Source: Pseudomonadota bacterium (GTDB lineage: Bacteria; Myxococcota; JACRCW01; JAFGSX01). Taken from it: a stretch of DNA of 64,000 nucleotides. Numbering within the stretch: position 1 is the stretch's first letter; every line of letters starts with the position of its first letter. Below the pieces are notes generated by a model, which had not been told where the DNA came from, ran no database searches, and saw only the letters and a list, made by a program, of their open reading frames with translations. The position numbers and the translations under genes are program-made. The DNA is taken from contig JBDRCO010000094.1 of NCBI GenBank assembly GCA_043821645.1, positions 32,001 to 96,000 on the forward strand. The letters run 5' to 3'. Positions 47,482 through 56,335 of this stretch are shown here, piece by piece.

Positions 47482-49305
47482 ATGTCCTCGGCGAACACAT
47501 CGCGGCTGGTCCCGGTGGCAGTGGTTCTTGGCGCAGTGTGCGCTCTTGCAGGGACAGCTTTCGCGGCAGCACTGGTGGCCGAGGGCCAGCTGGGGGACTG
47601 GCTCCTGCGCATGGGCTGGTGGTCCTATCCGCTGCGCGGCCTGGCCCTGGTTCAGCTCGTGATCTCCATCGTGCTCGGCCTGCGCGCGCTCAAGCGACCG
47701 GTGCCGGCTTGGCAGTTCCTGATACTTCCCGATCTCTCCATCCTCGTCGGCGTCATCGGTACCTGGTCCGGGTTGCGCATGGGGTCGCAGGTCCTGGCTG
47801 CCGTTGCCCTGGAGCAGCGACTGCCCATCTGGGCCGCGGTGCGCGCCGAGGCAGGACTGGCCCTGGTGCTGGCCGTGCTGGTGGCGGCCCAGGGCTGCGT
47901 TGGCCTGACCCTGGCCTCCAGTCTCACAGCCTGGCAGCACCGTCGTCGGCAGCAGGACTCGACCACCTGGCCTCTGGCCCTGGCCGTGTTCACCAGCAGC
48001 GTGTTCATGTGTGTGGCGCTGGGTCTGCTCCTCACGAGCAACTTCGGCGACGCGGATGTCGGGCGCCTCGCCTGGCTGTTGCTGTGGGTACTCGGACTTG
48101 GCCTGGCCCTGGTCCCGGCGGCCCTCGGCAGCGCCTCCCTGCTCACATCGTCGCATGACGACGAGCGCGGCGCAGGCCTGGGGCTCGCCGTGCGGGCCGC
48201 TTACGGGGCCGGTCTGACCGTGGCGCTGCACGCTCTGGCACTCTGGCAAGGGCACGTTGCCTCAGCGCTGAGTGCCATGAGTGCAGTCGACACCTCCGAT
48301 TCCGCCGAGCTCGTCGCGCGCGTCCAGGTCGGTCTTGCACGGACCCTTGGTTCGACGAGCGGTGCAGCTCTCGCCGGCGCGGTGCTGGCCCTTGTTCTCG
48401 TTCTTCCAATGGCCATCAAGGTACGACCCACAGCCCGCCAGCTTCGCGCCACCGAGGCGGCCCTGCTGCTGCCAGGTCTCCCGCTGCTGGGAGTCTTGAT
48501 GCTTGGATCTTCGAGTAACGACCGGGGCACACAGGCCATGTCGGCAGTGCTGGAGCGAACGCCTCACGATGTGGACCTGCCTGTCCTCGACAGCGTCGAG
48601 GATCTGGCCTCGCAGGTCCCACTGGTGAGACTGACCACCCAGGGGCTGCGCGTGGACGGCGACCTCACACGGAAGCTCCCAGCGGCGGAGCCTGGTGAGG
48701 ACGGATCCTGTCCCTGGCTCCAGGTCGCTGCCCCCGCGAGTCTCGACATGGCGACGCTCCGCCCGCTTGCGCGAGGCCTGTACGAGACAGGGGCCTGCGA
48801 GCTCGCCCTGGTCGTTGAGCGCCCCGGAGCAGAGCAACGCAGCCATCATGGGACCCTGCCCTGGCCCGGCATCCCTTCCGCCTTGCGCCGCGACCTCGAC
48901 AACCTGGCGCAGCTGCGCTTCGAGCGCTGGGGTCTGATCCGAGTGCGCCTCGATCCGCTGCCCGCCGCAGCTCTCACCGCGGTGTGCCGCGTCGAGCTGA
49001 GCGGCCCGCAGACCAGCTTCACCGTGGACGCGGACAGCCGACACACCCCGCTTCGACGCATCGCCGGCGGCGAGGTGGATCCCGCAGAGCTGCAGGCGAT
49101 CTGGCGAACCTCGGTGCAGCGTGGTGCCTCGTGCTCGGCGCTCCGGGTGGTCACCGACGAAGGAACCACGCTGCGCGCCCTGCTCAGCGTTGTGGCTGCC
49201 ACCCAGGTGCAGCGCCCGACCAGCGACCTCGGCGCCGATCCTTTTGGTTACGATGCTGCAGCGCGCCTGACGTCCCTGTTCGCCTCGGTGCACTGGAATC
49301 CATGA
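47482..49305 (+). CDS. Polytopic membrane protein, possible divergent ExbB/TolQ-ExbD/TolR fusion
   Basis: GGAGAG SD before ATG 47482; about 8-9 TM segments then a soluble C-terminus. LVGVIGTWSGL...AEAGL resembles the TolQ/ExbB TM pair; VDLP...LRVDG and LRVVTDEGTTLRALLSVVAA resemble ExbD. Confidence 0.6.
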   Translation: MSSANTSRLVPVAVVLGAVCALAGTAFAAALVAEGQLGDWLLRMGWWSYPLRGLALVQLVISIVLGLRALKRPVPAWQFLILPDLSILVGVIGTWSGLRMGSQVLAAVALEQRLPIWAAVRAEAGLALVLAVLVAAQGCVGLTLASSLTAWQHRRRQQDSTTWPLALAVFTSSVFMCVALGLLLTSNFGDADVGRLAWLLLWVLGLGLALVPAALGSASLLTSSHDDERGAGLGLAVRAAYGAGLTVALHALALWQGHVASALSAMSAVDTSDSAELVARVQVGLARTLGSTSGAALAGAVLALVLVLPMAIKVRPTARQLRATEAALLLPGLPLLGVLMLGSSSNDRGTQAMSAVLERTPHDVDLPVLDSVEDLASQVPLVRLTTQGLRVDGDLTRKLPAAEPGEDGSCPWLQVAAPASLDMATLRPLARGLYETGACELALVVERPGAEQRSHHGTLPWPGIPSALRRDLDNLAQLRFERWGLIRVRLDPLPAAALTAVCRVELSGPQTSFTVDADSRHTPLRRIAGGEVDPAELQAIWRTSVQRGASCSALRVVTDEGTTLRALLSVVAATQVQRPTSDLGADPFGYDAAARLTSLFASVHWNP

Positions 49306-49436
49306 CCCGGCAATCGCAATTCTTGTGACCGGGCTTTGGCAAGACGCCGGATAGGCGCCACCTCCCACCACTGGTTCAATGCAGGCATTGGGGAGCTGCT
49401 CTCCTCACCCTTCTTCACCGGAGTGTGGAGGTTCAC

Positions 49437-50927
49437 GTGCGGACCTTCGTGTGGATCAGTGTGCTCGCTGCCACGACAGTTCCAGCAATGGCGCCCTCGC
49501 TGAGAGCTCAACCCGAGCTCAAGGCTTACTACAAGGACGACTTCATCCTCGAGGACGCAGGTAAGAATTTTCAGCTCAAGATCCGCGGCAACATGCACCT
49601 GGACGCTCGCGCCTACCAGTGTGAAGGAGAGTGCGGATCGCCGCACAGCCTGGACCTGCGGCGCGCGCGCATCGATCTGCAGGGGCGCGTGCACCAGTGG
49701 TTCGAGTTCCGCATCCAGCCCGAGTTCGCTGACAAGCCACACCTTCGCAACGCCTGGGTCGACGTCGGGCGCTACCCCTGGCTGCACCTGCGCGCGGGCC
49801 AGATGAAGGTGCCCTTCAGCAGCGCCTGGGCCACCCTCGACAACAACCTCAACTTCATCGAGCGCGGTAGCTCCACGCCCTTCTACACCTTCTTCGACCG
49901 CGGAGTGATGGTGTGGGGTGAGATCCTCGACGGCACCATCGTGCCCAGCCTGGGCATCTTCACCGGTGCCGGGAGTGAACTCGACGTCAACAGCGGGGAC
50001 ATCGACGATGCCAAGGACCTGGCTGGCCGTCTCTTCCTGCAACCCTTCAAGCCCCTGGGCCTGGCGCCCCTGAGTGGCCTGTTCCTGGTCGCGCAGGGTA
50101 CCTGGGGCCGCATGAGCGCGCCGACCACGCGCTACGAGACGGGCGGGATGCGTTCGGCCAACTACGAGTCTGCACTGTGGCGCTGGCGCACCGAACAAAC
50201 CCTGGGAAGCGATGGCCGGGTCACGGACAGTATCACTGCCACCGTCGACAGCCGCACCCGTTGGGGCCTCGAAGGTCACTACCTGCTCGGGCCCTTCGCC
50301 CTGTCCTGCGAGTATCTCGAGGTGCTGTACGACAACATCGTGGTCCACCACCAGCTTATCGAGGGATCATCGCGCAGGGTCAACGAGAAGATCTTCAACA
50401 CCGACGCCACCCTGCGCAGCTTCAGCGTCTTCGCGTCCTTTTTCATCACGGGCGAGAGCAAGAGCCTGAGCACTTGGGGCTGGAAGACGGCCCGTCCCAC
50501 CAGTTCTCTGGGGGAGGGCGGCTTGGGAGCGGTCGAGGTCCTGGCGCGGTACTCGCGAACCTGGACGGACCCGAAACTGTTCGAGGTGCACAAGGTCCAG
50601 GGCTTCGCCGCCGGCGACTCCGCGCTCCCCGATGGCTACGGCGCTGCTCTGCCCGGGGCCAGCAACCGGATCAAAGCAGCGGTGCTCGACGGGGCGTCCG
50701 AGGTCCATGAGTTCACCGGGGGATTGTCCTGGACCGTCAACCCCATGATCCGCTTGCAGCTCAACGATGTCTTCCTGTGGGCACCCGACATCGACCGCGA
50801 CGGCGATGGCAAGAACGACAACTGGATTCTCTCTGGCAACCGGTCAGACCGCTCGGACCTTGAACGCAAGAACACGCCCGTACCTTGGGAGAACGCGGTG
50901 ATGGCGCGCCTGATTCTCAAGATCTGA
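49437..50927 (+). CDS. Outer-membrane porin, OprO/OprP (anion/phosphate-selective) family-like
   Basis: Signal peptide; LRRARIDLQG, GQMKVPFS, NFIERG, VEVLARYS, terminal beta-strand. GTG 49437 follows GGAGG. Confidence 0.8.
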   Translation: MRTFVWISVLAATTVPAMAPSLRAQPELKAYYKDDFILEDAGKNFQLKIRGNMHLDARAYQCEGECGSPHSLDLRRARIDLQGRVHQWFEFRIQPEFADKPHLRNAWVDVGRYPWLHLRAGQMKVPFSSAWATLDNNLNFIERGSSTPFYTFFDRGVMVWGEILDGTIVPSLGIFTGAGSELDVNSGDIDDAKDLAGRLFLQPFKPLGLAPLSGLFLVAQGTWGRMSAPTTRYETGGMRSANYESALWRWRTEQTLGSDGRVTDSITATVDSRTRWGLEGHYLLGPFALSCEYLEVLYDNIVVHHQLIEGSSRRVNEKIFNTDATLRSFSVFASFFITGESKSLSTWGWKTARPTSSLGEGGLGAVEVLARYSRTWTDPKLFEVHKVQGFAAGDSALPDGYGAALPGASNRIKAAVLDGASEVHEFTGGLSWTVNPMIRLQLNDVFLWAPDIDRDGDGKNDNWILSGNRSDRSDLERKNTPVPWENAVMARLILKI

Positions 50928-50978
50928 ACAGGCTCGTCGAGAACCGCCGTTGCCCGGGGAGGAAGGAATGCTCGCCGT

Positions 50979-52700
50979 ATGACCCCAGCCCCACAGTGGC
51001 CCAGTGCCACACCTGAGCACGAGCGAGGCGGACGTTTCTTGCGCTGGCGCATCGTCGTCATCCTGCTGGCGGTCTCCTTGCTCCCGCTCGCGCTGGTCGG
51101 CGTGGGATCGACCCTGGTCTTTGGCGGACTGCTCGAGGAGCGCTCGCTGGAGTTGCAGCGGCAGGTGGTGCAGAGCCATGCCAGTGCCATCGAGCAATAC
51201 CTCCTCGAGCGACGCCGTGCCCTGGAGCTGGTGGCGCGCACACATTCCGCCGAGGAGCTCGCGAGCTCAGGCACCCTGCGGCATGTGTTCGAAGCCCTGA
51301 GCGCCAGCGTGCCCGGTGCCTTCGTCGACCTAGGCGTCATCGGCGAGGACGGCCAGCATCTGGCCTACGTGGGTCCCTACGACCTGTCGGACAAGAACTA
51401 CCGGGATGCGGCCTGGTTTCGCAGCGTGCTCGCCGGCGATGTCTACGTGAGCGACGTGTTTCTCGGCTACCGGCAGGTGCCGCACTTCATCCTGGCTGTG
51501 AAGCGCAGCGGTTCCGCCCGGACCTGGGTGCTGCGCGCGACACTCAACAGCGAGGACTTCGATGGCGTGGTGCGCAAGCAGGGTCTCAGCGACACCGCCG
51601 ATGCCTTCCTGGTCAACGAACAGGGCCAGTATCAGACCACCCCGCGCAACGGCCGCGTGCTCGACCTAGCGCCGATGGTGTCTCCCCTCCAGCATCAAGG
51701 ATTCCAGCAAGAGCGCGTCGCTGTCGGAGGCATACCCACGCTGCAAACCACCACCTGGCTGCACGGCAACCGCTGGATGCTGGTGGTGCGGGAGTCCGAG
51801 CGGACCATCCAGGCACCACTGCGCCGAGCCTCCCTCAATGGTGTGCTGGTGGTGTCGCTGGCCGTTCTGATCGTCGTCATCACCACCATCCTTGCCTCCT
51901 GGCACCTGCTGCAGCGGGTCGACCGGGCCAACGCCCAGCGCGATGCGATGTCCAGCGAACTCCTGCGTTCGGCCAAGCTGGCGTCGCTGGGGGAGCTGGC
52001 CACGGGTCTCGCTCACGAGATCAACAACCCCCTCGCCATCATCAGTGCCGAGCAGACCAACATCTCGGATGGTGTGCAGGACTTGACGCTGGACACAGAT
52101 ATCGAGAAGGGCCTGCTCGATTCGGTGCGGCGCTGTCGTCGCCAGATCGAGCGCTGCAGCAGCATCACAAGCAAGATGCTGCAGTTCGGCCGACGTGCCG
52201 ACGTGCACCTGAAGCCCACCCAGATCTCACCCCTGCTCGAAGAAACCGTGCGCCTGCTTCACCGTCAGGCCGCCGTGCGCAACGTGGATCTCGTTCTCCA
52301 GGCGGCGCCCGACCTCCCCGAGCTGCTCATCGACGGAACAGAACTGGAACAGGTTGTGGTCAACCTCATCAACAACGCGATGGACGCCATCGAGGGTGGC
52401 GGCACGGTCGAAGTGGAGGCTCGTAGGACGGGCAAGGAAGTTCGCCTCGCAGTCAAGGACAATGGCTGCGGCATACCGCGGGAACACCTGGACCGAGTGT
52501 TTCAACCCTTCTTCACCACCAAGCCAGTAGGACACGGCACCGGGCTTGGCCTCAGCGTCTGCTACGGCATCGTGCGCGGCTGGGGCGCGACCATCACGGC
52601 GTCCAGCGAGCCAGGCCGCGGTACCGAGATCACCATTCACGTGCCCGTGCCATCACCCCTGGAACTGCAGCAGGTGCACGGAGTGTCCCAACCGGCCTGA
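50979..52700 (+). CDS. Sensor histidine kinase with periplasmic Cache-like domain
   Basis: Two TM helices; LAHEINNPL, NLINNAMDA, DNGCGI, FQPFFTTK, GTGLGL. Confidence 0.95.
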   Translation: MTPAPQWPSATPEHERGGRFLRWRIVVILLAVSLLPLALVGVGSTLVFGGLLEERSLELQRQVVQSHASAIEQYLLERRRALELVARTHSAEELASSGTLRHVFEALSASVPGAFVDLGVIGEDGQHLAYVGPYDLSDKNYRDAAWFRSVLAGDVYVSDVFLGYRQVPHFILAVKRSGSARTWVLRATLNSEDFDGVVRKQGLSDTADAFLVNEQGQYQTTPRNGRVLDLAPMVSPLQHQGFQQERVAVGGIPTLQTTTWLHGNRWMLVVRESERTIQAPLRRASLNGVLVVSLAVLIVVITTILASWHLLQRVDRANAQRDAMSSELLRSAKLASLGELATGLAHEINNPLAIISAEQTNISDGVQDLTLDTDIEKGLLDSVRRCRRQIERCSSITSKMLQFGRRADVHLKPTQISPLLEETVRLLHRQAAVRNVDLVLQAAPDLPELLIDGTELEQVVVNLINNAMDAIEGGGTVEVEARRTGKEVRLAVKDNGCGIPREHLDRVFQPFFTTKPVGHGTGLGLSVCYGIVRGWGATITASSEPGRGTEITIHVPVPSPLELQQVHGVSQPA

Positions 52701-52719
52701 CAGGATTGCGGAGGACGAG

Positions 52720-53556
52720 ATGAAGACCGAACCCCTGATTCCCATCCTGATGGTGGACGATGAGGTGGATTTTCTCGACGCCACCAGCATGGCCCTGTCC
52801 CGTCGTGGTTTCTCCGTGATCACTGCAGTCGAAGGGAGCCAGGCGCTCGCGCTGCTCGCCCAGCATCGGGTCTCGGTCGTCATTCTCGACGTCCGCATGC
52901 CCGGCATGGACGGAGTCGAGCTCTGCGGTCGCCTCAAGATGCAGTACCCGGACCTCCCCGTGGTCCTGCTCACCGGGCACGGCAATGTCCAGCAGGCGTT
53001 TCAGACCTCGCGCGAGGGCGTGTTCGACTACCTGCTCAAACCCTGCGAGGTGGAGAAGCTCGCGGAGGTCGCGCGCAGAGCCGCGGCCCATCACGCACCA
53101 CATCCCACGGAACGCGAGGAGCTCGACACCCCCATCCGCCTGCTTTTCGTGGACGACGAGACAGACTTTCTGGAGTCCCTCTCCCCTGCCCTGGAGCGCC
53201 GCGGCATGGAGGTCACGCCGTCCGCCACCCCCGACCTCGCCCTCTCTTACGCAGCCAGCCAGATCTTCGACGTGGCCTTGGTCGACATGAAGATGCCTGG
53301 CATGGACGGCATGGAGCTGTCGAGGCGCCTGCGCCTCCACCAACCCCTCCTCGAAATCGTGGTGCTCACCGGCCACCCGACCATGGGACAGGCTTTCGAG
53401 GCCATCAAGCAGGGCGCCTTCGACTTCCTGATGAAGCCGCTCTCCGTGGAAGCCATTACCGCCAAGGTCAGGCAGGCGAATCGCCAGGCGCAGCGGAGGC
53501 GGGAAGCCGACCGGGAGGCTGGCGTGAAGCAGATCCTCGACAACAAGGCGCACTGA
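52720..53556 (+). CDS. Tandem receiver-domain (REC-REC) response regulator
   Basis: Two intact receivers (VDDE, DVRMPG / DMKMPG, TGH, KP); no output domain. Confidence 0.92.
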   Translation: MKTEPLIPILMVDDEVDFLDATSMALSRRGFSVITAVEGSQALALLAQHRVSVVILDVRMPGMDGVELCGRLKMQYPDLPVVLLTGHGNVQQAFQTSREGVFDYLLKPCEVEKLAEVARRAAAHHAPHPTEREELDTPIRLLFVDDETDFLESLSPALERRGMEVTPSATPDLALSYAASQIFDVALVDMKMPGMDGMELSRRLRLHQPLLEIVVLTGHPTMGQAFEAIKQGAFDFLMKPLSVEAITAKVRQANRQAQRRREADREAGVKQILDNKAH

Positions 53557-53583
53557 TCTCGCCCAGGCTCAGTGGAGGACACC

Positions 53584-55431
53584 ATGGCCGACATGCCCAG
53601 GACCAAGCCCACGGGCTACAACAAGTACGTCGACGTCAAGACCTTCGGCATCGCCGTCGCCGCGTTCGTGCTTGTGCTGATCCTGCCCGTACCCTCGAGC
53701 ATGCTCGACGTGGGCGTCGAGTACTCCCTCGGCAAGCAGATGGTGCAGGAGCAGCTCGCACGGGAGCTGTTCCACAAGCCTCTGGGCGAGGTGGAGCAAT
53801 GGCAGGCAGCCACGGCCCAGGCCCTCGAGCTGGGGATGATGCAGGGTGTCTCGGCCAAGGCGACCATGCTCAAGCGCGACCGCAAGGCACTCAAGAAGGC
53901 GGGACTCACCCTTTCCGAAGAGCACTTCAAGAAATATCAGGCGCTTCTCACTGGCCTCGATGACGCGCGCTTCAAGCAGCTCATGCTGGACGCACGAGAA
54001 CTCCGCAACACCAAGCTGACCTACGCCGAGCTCGACAGCAAGGACAAGGCCACCGCGGACAGGGCGGCACGCAACCTCAAGCTCTGCATTGCCATGGTGA
54101 TCTTCGTCGTCATCTGCTTCGTCACCGAGGCCATTCCATTGCCCGGGGTCGCCTTCTGCATGGGTCTGATCCTGGTCTTCGGAGGGGTCGTCACCCGGCA
54201 AGAAGTGGCCTCGATGATGTGGTCGGACGCGGTCTGGTTCATCATGGGGAGCCTGATGTTCGCCACCGCCTTCGTCGTCACGGGGGTGGACAAGCGCATC
54301 TGCCTGGTCCTGTTCCGGGCCCTGGCCAAACCCAGCGTCAAGGTCATCACCTTCATTCTGATCCTCGTCATCGCCCCCTGCGCTGCCTTCATCTCCGACC
54401 ACGCTTTGGCAGCCATGTTCTTGCCCATCGCCATCATCCTTTACAGCAACAGTCTCAGCGAGAAGGTGCCGCAGGACTCCGAGCTGGCCAAGATGCTGGT
54501 GATCTGCGTGGCCATGGCCTGCAATATCGGTGGCTTTGGCGCGCCATCAGGCGGGGCGCGTAATGTCATCATCATGACCTACCTCGAGGACATGTTCGGC
54601 ATCAGCATGAGCTATGGACGCTGGATGCTGTTCGGCATGCCCTTCGTGATCATCATGATGCCCGTGCTCTGGGTTCTGCTGAACTGGCGCTTCAAGCCCA
54701 GGATCCACGACCTGTCGCCCGCGCTCGCCACCTTGCGCAAGGACATCGATCGCATGGGCGGCTGGAGCCGCCAGCAGGTGATCGCACTGGCCATCTTCCT
54801 GATCATGCTGTTCGGGTGGATCACCGAGAGCAGCCTGCTCGAGCAATGGCTCGGCATTCGGCTCGGCATCGGCGTGCTCGCGGTGGCCGGCGCGGTCGCC
54901 TACCTGCTCACGGGCATCGTCAACTGGCGTGACTACCAGCAGAAAGTGGACTGGGGTGTGGTGTGGCTCTACGCCGGCGCCACGATCTTTGGCAAGGTGC
55001 TGGACCAGACCGGCGCTGCGTACTGGATGGCGCGCTCCATCGTCGAGGTCATGGCCAGCTTTGGCGTGGCCAGCGCGACAGCCTTGCTGGTGGTAGGAGG
55101 CTTCGTGACCGCGGGCATGACGCAGCTCATGGCAGATGGCCCTGCGGCTGCGGCCGTCGGTCCGGTGACCCTCAACATGGCTGCGGTGGCGGCACCTGGA
55201 TCCCAGCTCATCCCCTTCATGGGCCTCATCACTTCTTGTGCATCGTCCATGGCCTACCTGCTCATCATCGGCACGCCTCCCAATGCCATCGTCTATGCCA
55301 GCGGCTACCTCGAGCCGAGGGATTTCCTGCGCGTTGGCATTCCCTGTCTCCTCATTTCCATGACGGTCCTGCTCACGCTGGCCCTGCTGTACTGGCCACT
55401 TCTTGGATTCGCGGGGCTCAAGCCTTTTTAG
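53584..55431 (+). CDS. DASS/SLC13-family anion:Na+ symporter
   Basis: TEAIPLP, FISDHALAAM, ACNIGGFGAPSGGARN, VDWGV, IGTPPNAIVY; large hydrophilic insert after TM1. Confidence 0.92.
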   Translation: MADMPRTKPTGYNKYVDVKTFGIAVAAFVLVLILPVPSSMLDVGVEYSLGKQMVQEQLARELFHKPLGEVEQWQAATAQALELGMMQGVSAKATMLKRDRKALKKAGLTLSEEHFKKYQALLTGLDDARFKQLMLDARELRNTKLTYAELDSKDKATADRAARNLKLCIAMVIFVVICFVTEAIPLPGVAFCMGLILVFGGVVTRQEVASMMWSDAVWFIMGSLMFATAFVVTGVDKRICLVLFRALAKPSVKVITFILILVIAPCAAFISDHALAAMFLPIAIILYSNSLSEKVPQDSELAKMLVICVAMACNIGGFGAPSGGARNVIIMTYLEDMFGISMSYGRWMLFGMPFVIIMMPVLWVLLNWRFKPRIHDLSPALATLRKDIDRMGGWSRQQVIALAIFLIMLFGWITESSLLEQWLGIRLGIGVLAVAGAVAYLLTGIVNWRDYQQKVDWGVVWLYAGATIFGKVLDQTGAAYWMARSIVEVMASFGVASATALLVVGGFVTAGMTQLMADGPAAAAVGPVTLNMAAVAAPGSQLIPFMGLITSCASSMAYLLIIGTPPNAIVYASGYLEPRDFLRVGIPCLLISMTVLLTLALLYWPLLGFAGLKPF

Positions 55432-55449
55432 GCGAGGGTGGAGGATGTG

Positions 55450-56325
55450 ATGACGGATATCAGACTTCTCCTGATCGACGACGAGGATGAGTTCAGAGCC
55501 GCGACCTCTCAGGCTCTGACTCGACGTGGCTTCGTGGTGGTCGAGGCCGAGACAGGAGAGCACGGGTTGCAGCTGCTCGAACGCCAGCAGGTCGACGTCA
55601 TCGTGCTCGATCTGCGCATGCCTGGTCTCAGCGGCATCGACACGCTCGAACTCATGCGGCAGCGCGGTATGCATGCGCCCGTGATCATTCTCACGGGCCA
55701 TGGTGGCCTGGACGATGCCGTGGCCGGTATTCGCCTGGGCATCGTCGATTTCCTGCAGAAGCCCGTGGACATCGACAGGTTGGCTGCCCAAATCCGATCC
55801 ACCATGGGCCGCGGTGCCAGTTCACCGCTGCGCGAACGAAGCATCCGCGAACTCATGGTGCCCGCCTCTGCCTACCGCCGCGTCCTCGACGACGAGCCCT
55901 TGCGAGACGTCGCGCTGGAACTTCGCAACGCATTGTTCCGTACCGTCGAGGGCGAGGTCACCGAGCAGGGTCATCGCACCGTGCTGGTGTACGACAAGCA
56001 GGAGCACTTCGTGGGTGCCCTGCGTCTCAACGACGTGCTGCGCCAGGCCGTTCCCAGCTTTCTGCGAGACTCACCTTACGCGTCGTTCCTCACCGGTATG
56101 TTCCTGGCCCAGAGCAAGCTGATGGGCAATCTGCCAGTGCGGGAAGCACTTGGTGAGAAACTGGTCATCGACGTCGAAGCACCGCTGATGGAAGCGCTGC
56201 ACCTGATGACCAGCCGCTGCCTCATCAACCTGCCGGTGGTCGAGGCGGGCCAGGTGGTCGGCGTGCTCCGCGACAAGGACCTGTTGCTCGAGATCGCGTC
56301 CCCGTCGGGGTCACCATCAGAGTGA
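55450..56325 (+). CDS. Response regulator with receiver + CBS pair
   Basis: IDDE, DLRMPG, TGHG, KP followed by IRELMVP...LVYD...LPVVEAGQVVGVLRDKDLL. Confidence 0.9.
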   Translation: MTDIRLLLIDDEDEFRAATSQALTRRGFVVVEAETGEHGLQLLERQQVDVIVLDLRMPGLSGIDTLELMRQRGMHAPVIILTGHGGLDDAVAGIRLGIVDFLQKPVDIDRLAAQIRSTMGRGASSPLRERSIRELMVPASAYRRVLDDEPLRDVALELRNALFRTVEGEVTEQGHRTVLVYDKQEHFVGALRLNDVLRQAVPSFLRDSPYASFLTGMFLAQSKLMGNLPVREALGEKLVIDVEAPLMEALHLMTSRCLINLPVVEAGQVVGVLRDKDLLLEIASPSGSPSE

Positions 56326-56335
56326 TCGCACGCAC

